DNA from: an uncultured delta proteobacterium
GTDB lineage: Bacteria; Myxococcota; Myxococcia; SLRQ01
Length of the DNA: 64,000 nt
Direction of reading: 5' to 3'
Assembly (NCBI GenBank): GCA_963727485.1
Contig: CAVSGM010000001.1
Location: 1,188,213 to 1,252,212 of the forward strand
Below the pieces are notes generated by a model that was not told where the DNA came from, made no database searches, and saw only the letters and a program-made list of their open reading frames with translations. The position numbers and the translations under genes were made by a program. Shown in pieces: positions 21,434-31,250 of this stretch. Within the stretch, counting starts at the first letter, position 1. Each line of letters opens with the position of its first letter.

Positions 21434-24022
21434 TCAGGCCCCGCGGGCGCCGCGGCCCCGGCGGGCGCGCTCGAAGCGCAGGGCCTCGCCGTCGACGGTG
21501 ACCGACACGTCGTCGCCGGTGGCGAAGTCGCCGGCGAGGATCCGCTCGGCCAGCGGCGCCTCCACCAGGCGCTGGATGGTCCGGCGCATGGGCCGCGCGC
21601 CCATGGCGGCGTCGTAGCCCCCGGCCTCGATGAGGAAGTCGACGACCTCCGGCGCGACGCCGTAGGTGATCTGCTTCTCGGCGGCGAGGCGCTTGCTGGA
21701 GTCGGCGAGGAGCCGGCCGGCGATGGCGCCCACCTCGTCGCGGGAGAGCGGCAGGAACACCAGGCGCTCGTCGATGCGGTTCCACAGCTCCGGGGCCATG
21801 GCGCCTCGGGCGACGCCCAGGGCCCGGTCGCCCCGGTCCCGGTCCTCGGCGGCGGTATCGGCGGTGGCGTTGAAGCCCATGCGGCCGCCCACCTGCCGGT
21901 CGAAGGACTCGGAGCCGAGGTTGGAGGTGAGGATGACCAGCGTCCCGGAGAAGCCCACCTGGCGGCCGCGGCCGTCGGTGAGGTGGCCCTCGTCGAGGAG
22001 CTGGAGGAGGAGCTGGAGCACGTCGCGGTGGGCCTTCTCGATCTCGTCGAGGAGGACCACCGAGAACGGCCGCCGGCGCACCGGCTCGGTGAGCTGGCCG
22101 CCCTCGCCGTAGCCCACGTACCCCGGAGGCGCCCCGATGAGGCGGGCCACGGTGTTGGGCTCGCTGAACTCGCTCATGTCGCAGCGGACCAGGGCGTCGG
22201 CCGAGCCGAAGAGGAAGTCGGCGAGCGCCTTGGCGAGCTCGGTCTTGCCCACGCCCGTCGGCCCGAGGAACAGGAAGCTGCCCATGGGCCGGTGGCTGTT
22301 GAAGCCGGCGTAGTTCCGGCGCACCACCTGGGAGACCCGGGCGAGGATGTCCCGGTGGCCCACGATGCGGTCGGCCAGCGCCCCCTCCATCTTGAGGAAG
22401 CGCTCGCGGTCGGTCATCAGGAGCCGCTCCTCGGGGACCTTGGCGATCTTGGAGACCACCCTCGCCACCTCGGTGGCGCCGATGCGCGAGGTGCCCTGGC
22501 GCCTTGCCCGGGAGCCGGCGAGGTCGAGGATGCCGATGGCCTTGTCCGGGAGGCAGCGGTCGGTGACGTAGCGCGCCGAGAGGGCCACCGAGGCTTCGAG
22601 GGCCTCGCGGTCGTAGCCGACGCCGTGGTGGTCGGCGTAGCGGTCGACGAGCCCCTCGAGGATCTTCACCGCGTCGGGCTCGGAGGGCTCGCGGACCAGC
22701 ACCGGCACGAAGCGGCGCTCGAGGGCCGCGTCGGACTCGATGAACTTGCGGTACTCGTCGTGGGTGGTGGCGCCGACGCAGGGGAACTCGCCCCGGGCCA
22801 GCGCCGCCTTGAGCTCGTTGGCGGCGTCCTGGGGCCCGTCGCCGGTGGCCCCGGCGCCCACCAGGGTGTGGATCTCGTCGATGAAGACGATGACCCGGCC
22901 CCCGGCCTTGCGGACCTCGTCCTTGATGCCCCCGAGCTTCTCGGAGAACGACCCGCGCAGGTGGGTGCCCGAGAGGATCGACGCCATGTCGAGCTCGATG
23001 ACCACCTTCTCGAAGAGGGGCCCGGCGCGCTCCCCGAGCTTGAGGAGCTCGGTGGCCAGGCCCTCGACGATGGCGGTCTTGCCGACGCCCGGCTCGCCCA
23101 CCAGGATGGGGTTGTTGGTGCGCCGCTTGCCGAGGATGTCGATGACCTCCTCGACCTCGCGCTCCCGGCCGATGACCGGATCGATGGCGCCCTCGAAGGA
23201 GATCTGGGTGAGGTTCCGGCCGAGGCCCGAGAGCCAGGGGAACTCCGAGGGGTCGAGGTCGTAGCGGCCCGGCGCCGGCGGCCGGGTGCCGGGGTCGCCC
23301 GAGCCGCCGCCCCCGGACGCCGCCGGGCGCTTGGGGGGCGACGCGTCCCGACGGCGGGTCGGGGGCGGGGCCTTGGGGGCGTCGCCGTCGCCGCCGCGAT
23401 CGAGGGGGAGCTCGGGCTGGCCGGTGCCGGGGCCGACGGGGTGCTGGCGGGCCTCGGGGGGCGGCATGCGCCCGCGGCCCTCGAGGCCGGGGACGCGGCC
23501 CCGGGCCTCGGGGCCGGTGGTGGTGCCCCGGGCGGCGAGGCGCCCGCGCTCGCGGACGGCCTCCTCGGCGGCGGACTTCAGGCTCCTTGGCGGGGGCATG
23601 GCGGCGCGCAGGCGCCTGGGCATGTGCCCGGTGAGGTAGCTCATCGCCTGGTTGCGGGTGCCCACCACGTCGAGGCCTGCCTGGGCCAGCAGCCGGTGGG
23701 CGGCGACGTCACGCGCCCGGAGGATGGAGATGAGCAGGTAGAGGCAGTCGACGTCCCGGGCGCCCGAGCGGCCGGCGAGGGTGTGGGCCCGCTCCACCAG
23801 GGCGTCGACGGTGCCCGGGGGATCGTGCTCCATCTGGGCCATGACCCCGAGGATGGCGTCCTCGTCGACGCGCTTGTCCCGGAGGACCACCTCGGCCCGG
23901 TTCGGCGTGGTGAACAGCGCCAGCAGGACATGGGTCGAAGAGACGGGGTGACCCACGTTCTTCGCGATGTCCTGGGCTTCGGCGAGTACCTGGGCGAGGT
24001 CGGACGAGTTCCGCGTGCGCAT
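21434..24022 (-). CDS. ATP-dependent Clp protease ATP-binding subunit (ClpA/ClpC type, two AAA+ modules)
   Basis: Clp N-domain, GEPGVGKT, FIDEIH, LPDKAI, GPTGVGKT, GAPPGYVGY, LDEIEKAH, MGF loop, GARPMRR. Confidence 0.93.
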   Translation of the reverse strand: MRTRNSSDLAQVLAEAQDIAKNVGHPVSSTHVLLALFTTPNRAEVVLRDKRVDEDAILGVMAQMEHDPPGTVDALVERAHTLAGRSGARDVDCLYLLISILRARDVAAHRLLAQAGLDVVGTRNQAMSYLTGHMPRRLRAAMPPPRSLKSAAEEAVRERGRLAARGTTTGPEARGRVPGLEGRGRMPPPEARQHPVGPGTGQPELPLDRGGDGDAPKAPPPTRRRDASPPKRPAASGGGGSGDPGTRPPAPGRYDLDPSEFPWLSGLGRNLTQISFEGAIDPVIGREREVEEVIDILGKRRTNNPILVGEPGVGKTAIVEGLATELLKLGERAGPLFEKVVIELDMASILSGTHLRGSFSEKLGGIKDEVRKAGGRVIVFIDEIHTLVGAGATGDGPQDAANELKAALARGEFPCVGATTHDEYRKFIESDAALERRFVPVLVREPSEPDAVKILEGLVDRYADHHGVGYDREALEASVALSARYVTDRCLPDKAIGILDLAGSRARRQGTSRIGATEVARVVSKIAKVPEERLLMTDRERFLKMEGALADRIVGHRDILARVSQVVRRNYAGFNSHRPMGSFLFLGPTGVGKTELAKALADFLFGSADALVRCDMSEFSEPNTVARLIGAPPGYVGYGEGGQLTEPVRRRPFSVVLLDEIEKAHRDVLQLLLQLLDEGHLTDGRGRQVGFSGTLVILTSNLGSESFDRQVGGRMGFNATADTAAEDRDRGDRALGVARGAMAPELWNRIDERLVFLPLSRDEVGAIAGRLLADSSKRLAAEKQITYGVAPEVVDFLIEAGGYDAAMGARPMRRTIQRLVEAPLAERILAGDFATGDDVSVTVDGEALRFERARRGRGARGA

Positions 24023-24084
24023 GGACCGGGACGAGCAGCAGCAGGGGAGCGAGGATCGGGCCGTGACGACCGGCAGGCGCGCGT

Positions 24085-24113
24085 ACTATGACACACGGGA
24101 TCCCGCGGTTCAA
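24085..24113 (-). promoter_or_regulatory. putative sigma70-type promoter for the Clp ATPase
   Basis: Minus-strand TTGAAC-N17-CATAGT. Confidence 0.4.
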
Positions 24114-24155
24114 CGAGGATGGACCCGGGACGCCCCCACACCCGAGAGAGACCCC

Positions 24156-24776
24156 ATGGACCCCCTGATGATCGGCATCGCCGGCGGCACCGCCTCCGGC
24201 AAGACCACCGTCGCCCGGCGCATCGCCGAGCAGCTCGCCGGCCACCCCGTCGCCTTCCTCGACCAGGACGCCTACTACAAGGACCTGACGCACCTGGAAC
24301 CGGCGCAGCGCCGGCAGGTGAACTTCGACCACCCGGACGCCTTCGACATCGAGCTGCTGGTCGAGCACCTCGGGCGCCTCAAGGGCCGGGAGCCGGTGGA
24401 GAAGCCCACCTACTCCTTCGTGGAGCACACCCGCCGGGCCGAGACGCTGACCATCGCCCCGGCGCCGGTGGTGGTCCTCGAGGGGATCCTGGTCCTGGCC
24501 CTGGCGCCGGTCCGCGATCTCCTCGACCTGCGCATCTACGTGGACGCCGACGACGACGTGCGGGTGGCCCGGCGCATCCAGCGCGACGTAAGCGAGCGGG
24601 GTCGGGATCTCGAGAGCGTCCTCGGCCAGTACTTCGACACGGTGCGGCCCATGCACTGGAGCTTCGTGGAGCCGTCCAAGCGCTACGCCGACGTGATCAT
24701 CCCCCACGGGGGACACTCGGACGCGGCGGTGGACATGGTGGTGAGCACCATCCGCGCCCGCCTCAACCACTTCTGA
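24156..24776 (+). CDS. udk: uridine kinase
   Basis: GIAGGTASGKTT, NFDHPDAFD, RPMHWSFVEPSKRYADVIIP. Confidence 0.95.
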   Translation: MDPLMIGIAGGTASGKTTVARRIAEQLAGHPVAFLDQDAYYKDLTHLEPAQRRQVNFDHPDAFDIELLVEHLGRLKGREPVEKPTYSFVEHTRRAETLTIAPAPVVVLEGILVLALAPVRDLLDLRIYVDADDDVRVARRIQRDVSERGRDLESVLGQYFDTVRPMHWSFVEPSKRYADVIIPHGGHSDAAVDMVVSTIRARLNHF

Positions 24777-24807
24777 CCGGCGCGGGGGGCCGGGGGACGC
24801 GCCGGCG

Positions 24808-25857
24808 TCAGTGGAGCCCGAGCTTGTCGAGCTCGTCCTCGTCGAGACCGAGGAAGTGGCCGACCTCGTGGAGGACGGTGATCTCGATCTGCTCCACCAG
24901 CTCCGCCCGCGCGGCGCAGGCCCGCTCCAGGTTCCGCTGGTACAGCACGATGGACGAGGGGAAGCTGTCCCAGGGGTTCCCGCTGGCCTTGTCCTTCAGG
25001 GGCGCGCCCCGGAACACCCCGAGGAGGGTCGGCGAGAGCGGCGGGTCCTCGCCGTCGAGGTCGTCGTCGGTGGGCACGTCCTCCACCAGGACGGCCACGT
25101 TCTCCATCCACCGGCGCACGGCGTCGGGGAGGCGCCCCAGCGCCTCTTCCACGGCCTGGTCGAAGGCCTCGTGGCTCAAGGTCACCGGCGAGGGGAAGGC
25201 GTCGGGGTCGAGGCGCCGGGCGGTCTCGAGGTGCTTGACCGAGGCGTCGAGGTCGCCGGCGCGCTCGGCGACCAGCCCCAGGTACCAGTGGCCCAGCGCC
25301 TCCTCGGGCACCGCGTCCACCACGGCCCGGAGCGCGGCCCGGGCCTCGTCGAGGCGCCGGACCTCGAAGAAGGCGATGCCCCGCTGGAGGGACACCTCGG
25401 GATCGTCGCCCAGGAGGCGCGCGGCGTCGTCGAGGCGGTGCAGCGCGGTGCGGGCCCGGCCCAGCGCGATGAAGGCCCGGGCCTCGAGGAGCACCAGCTC
25501 GCCGGCCAGCGGCGCGTCGTCGTCCTCCCGGGCGATGGCGGCGCCCCGGGCGGCGAGCTCGATGGCCTCGTGGAGGGCGTCGGGATCGTCGTCGAAGTCC
25601 TGGACCAGGAGGTCGGTGGCCCCGAGGAGGAGCTCGGGGTCGTCGGGGGCGAGGGTCAGCGCCTCGTGGTAGGCCCGGTCGGCCTGGTCCATCTCGCCCA
25701 GCGCCGCCAGCGCCGCGGCGAGGAAGTGGAGCCCCTCCACCGACTCGGGGTCCAGGGAGACGGCCACCGACGCGGCGTCGCGGCAGGCGGCGAAGTCACC
25801 GGCGTCGTAGGCGCGGGCGGCCCGGTCGAGGGCCTCTTCGAGGGTGGGGGCGGCCAT
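24808..25857 (-). CDS. TPR protein with C-terminal zincin-1 (DUF1025) metallopeptidase domain
   Basis: TPR repeats, then IVLYQRNLE...ITVLHEVGHFLGLDEDEL. Confidence 0.88.
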   Translation of the reverse strand: MAAPTLEEALDRAARAYDAGDFAACRDAASVAVSLDPESVEGLHFLAAALAALGEMDQADRAYHEALTLAPDDPELLLGATDLLVQDFDDDPDALHEAIELAARGAAIAREDDDAPLAGELVLLEARAFIALGRARTALHRLDDAARLLGDDPEVSLQRGIAFFEVRRLDEARAALRAVVDAVPEEALGHWYLGLVAERAGDLDASVKHLETARRLDPDAFPSPVTLSHEAFDQAVEEALGRLPDAVRRWMENVAVLVEDVPTDDDLDGEDPPLSPTLLGVFRGAPLKDKASGNPWDSFPSSIVLYQRNLERACAARAELVEQIEITVLHEVGHFLGLDEDELDKLGLH

Positions 25858-25930
25858 GTGGGCGCGGAGTCTACACGAGAGACCCGCGCGAGTGGACAAC
25901 GGCGAGGGGCCGACTAACCTCGCCTCACCG

Positions 25931-26290
25931 ATGCGCGTGCTCCTCGCCGACGACGACCCGGACATCCTCCGGCTCCTCACCCGCTTCCTCGAGCGGGAGG
26001 GGGTCACGGTGGTCTCCGTCCAGGATGGCCTCCAGGCGGTGGACGCCCTGGGCCGCGAGCGCTTCGACATGGTGATCACCGACTACCAGATGCCGTACCT
26101 CACCGGCGGCGAGCTGCTGAAGGCGCTCAAGGAGACGCCCGGGGGCGGCGAGGTGCCGGTGGTGGTGATGACGGCGTACCCCTCGGAGGAGCTCGCCGAT
26201 CGGCTCCTGCGCGAGGGGGCGGCGTTCTTCCTGGAGAAGCCGCTGGACTTCGGGCAGCTGTTGGCGCTGGTGCGCTTCGCCGGGGGGTGA
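25931..26290 (+). CDS. single-domain response regulator (CheY-like)
   Basis: LLADDD, TDYQMP, MTA, KP. Confidence 0.92.
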   Translation: MRVLLADDDPDILRLLTRFLEREGVTVVSVQDGLQAVDALGRERFDMVITDYQMPYLTGGELLKALKETPGGGEVPVVVMTAYPSEELADRLLREGAAFFLEKPLDFGQLLALVRFAGG

Positions 26291-26382
26291 CCATGGCCCG
26301 GTCGCTCGCCGTGGGGGCGCCGATGTGGGTCAAAGCAGGACACGTGTCCGAGGCAAGGCGTTGGTGCCACGCCGTGGTGCGG

Positions 26383-26414
26383 TTGACACCTACATACCCC
26401 CCCCCAGGTAGCGT
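26383..26414 (+). promoter_or_regulatory. putative sigma70 promoter with a C9 tract in a 20-nt spacer
   Basis: TTGACA (26383-26388), C9 (26397-26405), TAGCGT (26409-26414). Confidence 0.45.
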
Positions 26415-26465
26415 CGCTCCTACGGGCCACACCCTCCTGTGGCCCAGCACCTGGGAGGATGGCGG

Positions 26466-29400
26466 ATGGGGACGTGGAAGCGGATCCTGATGGGTCCCAC
26501 CACCCTTGCCTGCGAGGACCTCCCAGTCGATGCGTTCCTCGATGACGCCTACCGGGCTCTCCTGGGGCAGGACCCGGCCGGCGTCTCGATCGCGGAGCGG
26601 AACGAGGCGATCTTCGAAGCCGAGGGGCTCGGCACCACGTCTCCGGGGGTCGCTCAGCTCGACGCCGCCGTGCGTGGTGGATCCGTCGATCCCCAGACCT
26701 GGCCGTCCCTGGCGAAGCTCTCGCCCGCCGACGCCGAGCTGACGATCACGGTTGGCCTCGTCCAGGTGGACCCGGACTTCCCGGTGCGCTGCGACTACCT
26801 CCGGGCGTTCACCGAGGGCCCAGGGCGAAGCATCGTGGCGCTCGCCCTTCTCGTGAACGCGAGCCATGGGCGTCCGATCCCGGATGGCGACCTTCTCGCC
26901 CAGCCTTTCGTGCGCAAGGGGCTGATGTGGGAGATCGCGTCGGCGCGGGACAAGGTGCTGGGCCTCACCCCTCCTGGTGGAGAGGACGGGGTGAACGCGA
27001 CGCCGTCCACGACGATCAACTCGCCGCTCATCCAACTGCTGGCTGCCTTCCGCGGGGCGCACCGTGCATTCGCGGACATCTATGACGCCGGGTCGTGCGA
27101 CGACGGAAGCGAGAACGGCGGCAGCGGGCACGGGAAGAGCGGCGAAGGTAGCGCTGGCAAGGGCGGAAGGGGCGGCGACGGACGGTGCACCGGTGGGGAT
27201 GAGAACCGTCCGTGGGCATACCGCCCCTTCGGACACCCCGAGGCGCCATTTGACCTCTTGCTGGCACTGCTGGGTCGGCCGCCCAAGGGCTACGGGTTGA
27301 TTGGACCTGCCGGGGGTACCGTTACCGCCTTAGGCAGCCTCGGCGGTGCCTCGCTCACGATCCCGTCCGGCGACCTCACCGTTCCCACCGCGATCGTCCT
27401 CGAGACGAGCGCAAGCGAGCCTCCGCAGACGGGGACCTTGCCCGGCGTCGGACCGGTTGCGAGGGTCCTGCCGTCGGGGTTGGCATTTCCCAAGCCAGCG
27501 ACCCTCGAGCTTCCATTCTGGCCCGACCTCACGAGGAGGTTCCTGGCCCCGGTCAAGCTCGTGAAGATGACGACGTTTGACGAGACGGCCGACGCGTGGA
27601 AGCCGTTGCCGTCGGCGCTTGACGGGGCCGACAAGGTGCGCGCGCTGATTGGCCACCTGTCGTGGTACCACGCCTCCCTCGAGCTGGACCAAGGCGCGAA
27701 CACAGGCCTCTCCACGCAGCAGATAGCCGCCGAGCCGGCCGTCGATACCGTGTACTCGATGATGCTCCACGAAACCCTCTGGATACGTCACACCTCGAGC
27801 TCCGACCCGGGTGCGATCCGAACCATGGACGAATTGGGGAACATCGCCACCCTTGATCTGCCTGACCCCAGTGGGATCAGCCTGCAGGGTTGGAACCTTG
27901 ATGCAATTGCCACCCCAGACCTGCTGGGCGATGCGACCCCAGTCCTGCTGGTCGCGGAGACACCCCCCTGCGGTAGCGGGAGCTGCGGCGCGGAGATCCT
28001 GCGCTATGTCATGAGCGGGCCTGACCCAAAGACCTGGCCGGATCCTGAGGTCATCGCAGGCGGCGGCACGGACGCCGTGGGCGAGGATATCGACGCATCC
28101 ACCGCCGAGCTGGGTGACGTGGTAGGCCTCACGATGGACGCTCTGGGCAACGTCTACGTGGCAGAGATCCTCGGCGTATGGCCGAATGGTGGTCCGTCAA
28201 TCGCCTATCCAGGACGCATTCGCCGGGTGTCGCCCCCCGATGGCTCGGGAGCGCGGACTATTTCGACCATCGCCGGCGCGCCGCAGGAGCCGCCCGGTGG
28301 GGTGCTGGAGCCTGCGCTCGGAACGTCGGAGACGCTTCAGTGGACCCAGGAGATTGGATTGGGTCCGCCGCTCACCGTGGCCGGGAGCCTCCTGTTCATT
28401 GCGGACACTGGCGGACGGGTTGTGAAGGCCCTGAACATCGGTCCGGAGCCGGTCAGCCTGGGCGCCTTGGGCCCGATCCGCCCAGGCGAGATTGCGACCG
28501 TCATGGGCAAAGGTGGCTACTTCCAGGCCGACCTCATGACACCGCCGTTCTTCACCTGCGCGCCGGACGAACCGGAGCAGGGCAGCAGCGGCGACAACTC
28601 CCTGAGCGTCGACCTCAAGCTCCCGACGAGCGTCGCCGTCAGCCAGGACGACCTCTTCGTGGCCGACGGCTGCGACTCCCGCATCCTGGTCATGCCGCTG
28701 TCGACTCCGTTGGGAAGCGCGATCTCGGGGCCGGCACCCGGTCTGCCGGTCGCGGTCCTCGGGGGGACGGCAGGTGCCAACCAGGCCCCGTATCTCGGCA
28801 GCTTCCCCTATCCCGCGAACCTGGCGTTCGACCCGGATGGGAACCGGTTGTTCGTGTCGCTCAACATGTCTCCCTTCTTGGGGGGGCTCGCCGGAAGCGG
28901 TCCGATGGTGGCGATTGCCTTCCAGGACCGCGATTGGGACGGCGTCGGAGACTCGGTAGACAACTGTCCGACCGTGCCCAACCCAACACAGGCAGACTCC
29001 GATGGCGACGGGGTGGGCGACGCGTGCTCCTTCGGGGTGGACAGCAACGGCGACGGGCTGTCGGATGGGGCCGACGTCGGGCTGGGTATCAACCCGACCG
29101 AAAAGCCCCCTGGGAAGCCGGACTTCACGCCGGCTCAGCGCGTTGCCTACGGACTTGACCCGCGGTCACCCACCGCCAACACCGACGGTCAGGGGCTCTC
29201 GGACGAGGCCGACATCGCCACAGCCTGCGGTCCGACTTGGACGCCCGATCAGCCTCCCTGCCCGAAAGGCCTCCGCGCGGCGACGAGAGGGCTCCGCCAG
29301 ACCACGGCGCTCTGGAACGTCCACTACGTCCTCAACTTCGTCCGCTCCAATCCTGGTCCGCCAGACGTGACGATGTCGGGCAGTATCTCCGGTGACTGGG

Positions 29401-29555
29401 GTCTGTTTCGGGACCTGCCGAACCTGTACAAGCCGGACCCCTCGTCCCCGACACCGGCCTACGTGCCTACCTCCGACGTCGGAGGCTGCTACGGCAAGGA
29501 TGCTCCGTCCTCCGGCCCGCCGGATGCGAGGGTGAGCTGCTATCAGGGAACCTGA
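26466..29555 (+). CDS. large multidomain protein, N-terminal part (ZU5-like, NHL/beta-propeller-like, TSP3 Ca-binding repeats); ends at an in-frame TGA
   Basis: GGAGG RBS at 26454; IGPAGGTV...LTIPSG...PSGLAFPKPATLELP...IGHLSWY; MDALGNVYVAE, LFIADTG, LFVADG; DRDWDGVGDSVDNCPTVPNPTQADSDGDGVGDAC. Confidence 0.75.
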   Translation: MGTWKRILMGPTTLACEDLPVDAFLDDAYRALLGQDPAGVSIAERNEAIFEAEGLGTTSPGVAQLDAAVRGGSVDPQTWPSLAKLSPADAELTITVGLVQVDPDFPVRCDYLRAFTEGPGRSIVALALLVNASHGRPIPDGDLLAQPFVRKGLMWEIASARDKVLGLTPPGGEDGVNATPSTTINSPLIQLLAAFRGAHRAFADIYDAGSCDDGSENGGSGHGKSGEGSAGKGGRGGDGRCTGGDENRPWAYRPFGHPEAPFDLLLALLGRPPKGYGLIGPAGGTVTALGSLGGASLTIPSGDLTVPTAIVLETSASEPPQTGTLPGVGPVARVLPSGLAFPKPATLELPFWPDLTRRFLAPVKLVKMTTFDETADAWKPLPSALDGADKVRALIGHLSWYHASLELDQGANTGLSTQQIAAEPAVDTVYSMMLHETLWIRHTSSSDPGAIRTMDELGNIATLDLPDPSGISLQGWNLDAIATPDLLGDATPVLLVAETPPCGSGSCGAEILRYVMSGPDPKTWPDPEVIAGGGTDAVGEDIDASTAELGDVVGLTMDALGNVYVAEILGVWPNGGPSIAYPGRIRRVSPPDGSGARTISTIAGAPQEPPGGVLEPALGTSETLQWTQEIGLGPPLTVAGSLLFIADTGGRVVKALNIGPEPVSLGALGPIRPGEIATVMGKGGYFQADLMTPPFFTCAPDEPEQGSSGDNSLSVDLKLPTSVAVSQDDLFVADGCDSRILVMPLSTPLGSAISGPAPGLPVAVLGGTAGANQAPYLGSFPYPANLAFDPDGNRLFVSLNMSPFLGGLAGSGPMVAIAFQDRDWDGVGDSVDNCPTVPNPTQADSDGDGVGDACSFGVDSNGDGLSDGADVGLGINPTEKPPGKPDFTPAQRVAYGLDPRSPTANTDGQGLSDEADIATACGPTWTPDQPPCPKGLRAATRGLRQTTALWNVHYVLNFVRSNPGPPDVTMSGSISGDWGLFRDLPNLYKPDPSSPTPAYVPTSDVGGCYGKDAPSSGPPDARVSCYQGT

Positions 29556-31217
29556 GCAGAGACCGTGAAGCCGAACCCGTGCGAGGCGCAGAACGCGACA
29601 CCAATGCGGACGCACCGAGATGACGTGGTCGCCAGGTTCTCTTCCTTGAATGGTGAGAGCTGTCAGCAAAGCACTAGCGACACGACGCCATGCACGATCC
29701 TCTTCGCATCGAGGGAAACGCACCAGACCGCGGGAACAAGCGGTCTGGCCGGGGCCGAGCCGTTTCTTGCGCACTACGACCCCGCGACGGACAGCTACTA
29801 CCTCACGCTGATTCTCGCCAACGCCACTGCCACGCTCCGCTACAAGTCGAAGTCCGGCATGGATATTTCAGACGACTGGAGCAAATGGTTCTTGCTTGCG
29901 CATGGGAAGAACGGCTTCGTCCCTCTCCAGAACTCGAAGATGCTCAAGTGCGTCGACGGGTTCCCACCCATTGCCCAGATTCCGCGGTCGCTGCTTGATC
30001 AGCCAGTCTCAACCGGTCCGGCGGCCCTTCGGCCGTTCACCATCAACATCTGGGCCCCAAGTCCGTACACCGACTGCAACGGAAACAACACGCAGCCAGG
30101 CGTCACCATGCTTATCTACGGCCAGCTCACATTCACGCCGGTTCGTATTGACACGCCGGAGGACGTGAGAGGCGGCTTGTTCAGGAACAGCGTCAACCAA
30201 CTCGTCTACGACAACGGGCACCCCGGGAGCTTGTCGGTCAGCTACCTGGCCGATGCGCCGGGAGCGCCAGAGGACGTTCAGACCTACCTTGCAGGTATGC
30301 TGCAGTGGACGACACCGCAGATCGGGGTCACAGTGCCCGCCGCGGCCGCGGCCAACCCGCCTCCTGGCCAGGTCTGGCTTTCGTGGTCCGGCAGCTACAC
30401 CGGGGCTGGGGACACGTTTCTGCAGCGACGTGGCCTGGCCGCGACTGCCACGTACACGGGCCTACCTTCGGGCCTCACGGACTTTGGGTGCCACTCGGCC
30501 GCGGTGCAGCTGCACAGCTACGTGAACAATGACGATCCGCTAGTCGGTACCGTCGGGTACGAGGTCTTCTTCCGCAAGGACGCCACGAATCACCCGGCGG
30601 TGAAGTGCTGCACAAACGATACGACTTCCCAGCCCTCGGCCGAGCCAAACTGGTTCTTCTACTACGCTCAGGCAAACGCCCCGGCCATCCAGTTCAGCTA
30701 CGTTGCCGATCCGAAGGAGACCTTCGGGGGCGCGTGGATCCCGAGCAGCACGGCTGGGCCGTTCACCGAGCGCATCGAGTTCTATCTCCCCGCAGCCGGA
30801 ACCGTGAACTGCCCCACTCAACTCCTCAGCTTCGCGGCTCTTGAGGCACACGAAGAGGAACACAGCACGTACTTCCACAAGACGATCTGGCACGCGGCCG
30901 CTGACGCGTACGAAGCGAGTTTGGATGTGAAGCCCCCGAATTTGGCGAACGACGATTGGGAGAATGCCCAGCGTACCACGGCGAGTCCGCCTGGGCTGTG
31001 CGACGCACAGACTCACCCGATCGGGCCTTTTGTCCCGGGGAGCTACAAACCATGTTGGCAGTGGCTCTCCGAGATCGACGCACGCGCGACGCAGAATGCC
31101 TACCTCGCTGCGGCACCGCAGGATCTCGTGCTTCCCCACGAAGACTTCGCCGCACCTGGGATCCACTTTGGGCCGAACCCGCTGTCATGCGTTGAGCCGG
31201 TGCCGCCCGTTCCCTGA
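29556..31217 (+). CDS. in-frame continuation of the preceding ORF; C-terminal putative HExxH metallopeptidase region
   Basis: Same frame as 26466 directly after TGA 29553-29555; no evident RBS before GTG 29565; PNWFFYY and EAHEEEH motifs. Confidence 0.6.
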   Translation, partial: AETVKPNPCEAQNATPMRTHRDDVVARFSSLNGESCQQSTSDTTPCTILFASRETHQTAGTSGLAGAEPFLAHYDPATDSYYLTLILANATATLRYKSKSGMDISDDWSKWFLLAHGKNGFVPLQNSKMLKCVDGFPPIAQIPRSLLDQPVSTGPAALRPFTINIWAPSPYTDCNGNNTQPGVTMLIYGQLTFTPVRIDTPEDVRGGLFRNSVNQLVYDNGHPGSLSVSYLADAPGAPEDVQTYLAGMLQWTTPQIGVTVPAAAAANPPPGQVWLSWSGSYTGAGDTFLQRRGLAATATYTGLPSGLTDFGCHSAAVQLHSYVNNDDPLVGTVGYEVFFRKDATNHPAVKCCTNDTTSQPSAEPNWFFYYAQANAPAIQFSYVADPKETFGGAWIPSSTAGPFTERIEFYLPAAGTVNCPTQLLSFAALEAHEEEHSTYFHKTIWHAAADAYEASLDVKPPNLANDDWENAQRTTASPPGLCDAQTHPIGPFVPGSYKPCWQWLSEIDARATQNAYLAAAPQDLVLPHEDFAAPGIHFGPNPLSCVEPVPPVP

Positions 31218-31250
31218 TTAGACCCCTTGGCCGAGGCACAGGAGGCACGC

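Noticed and set aside
26466..26515. Lipoprotein signal (…PTTLAC) at the start of the island giant protein
   Set aside because: The hydrophobic core is too short and contains Pro/Thr, so the export route remains unassigned.
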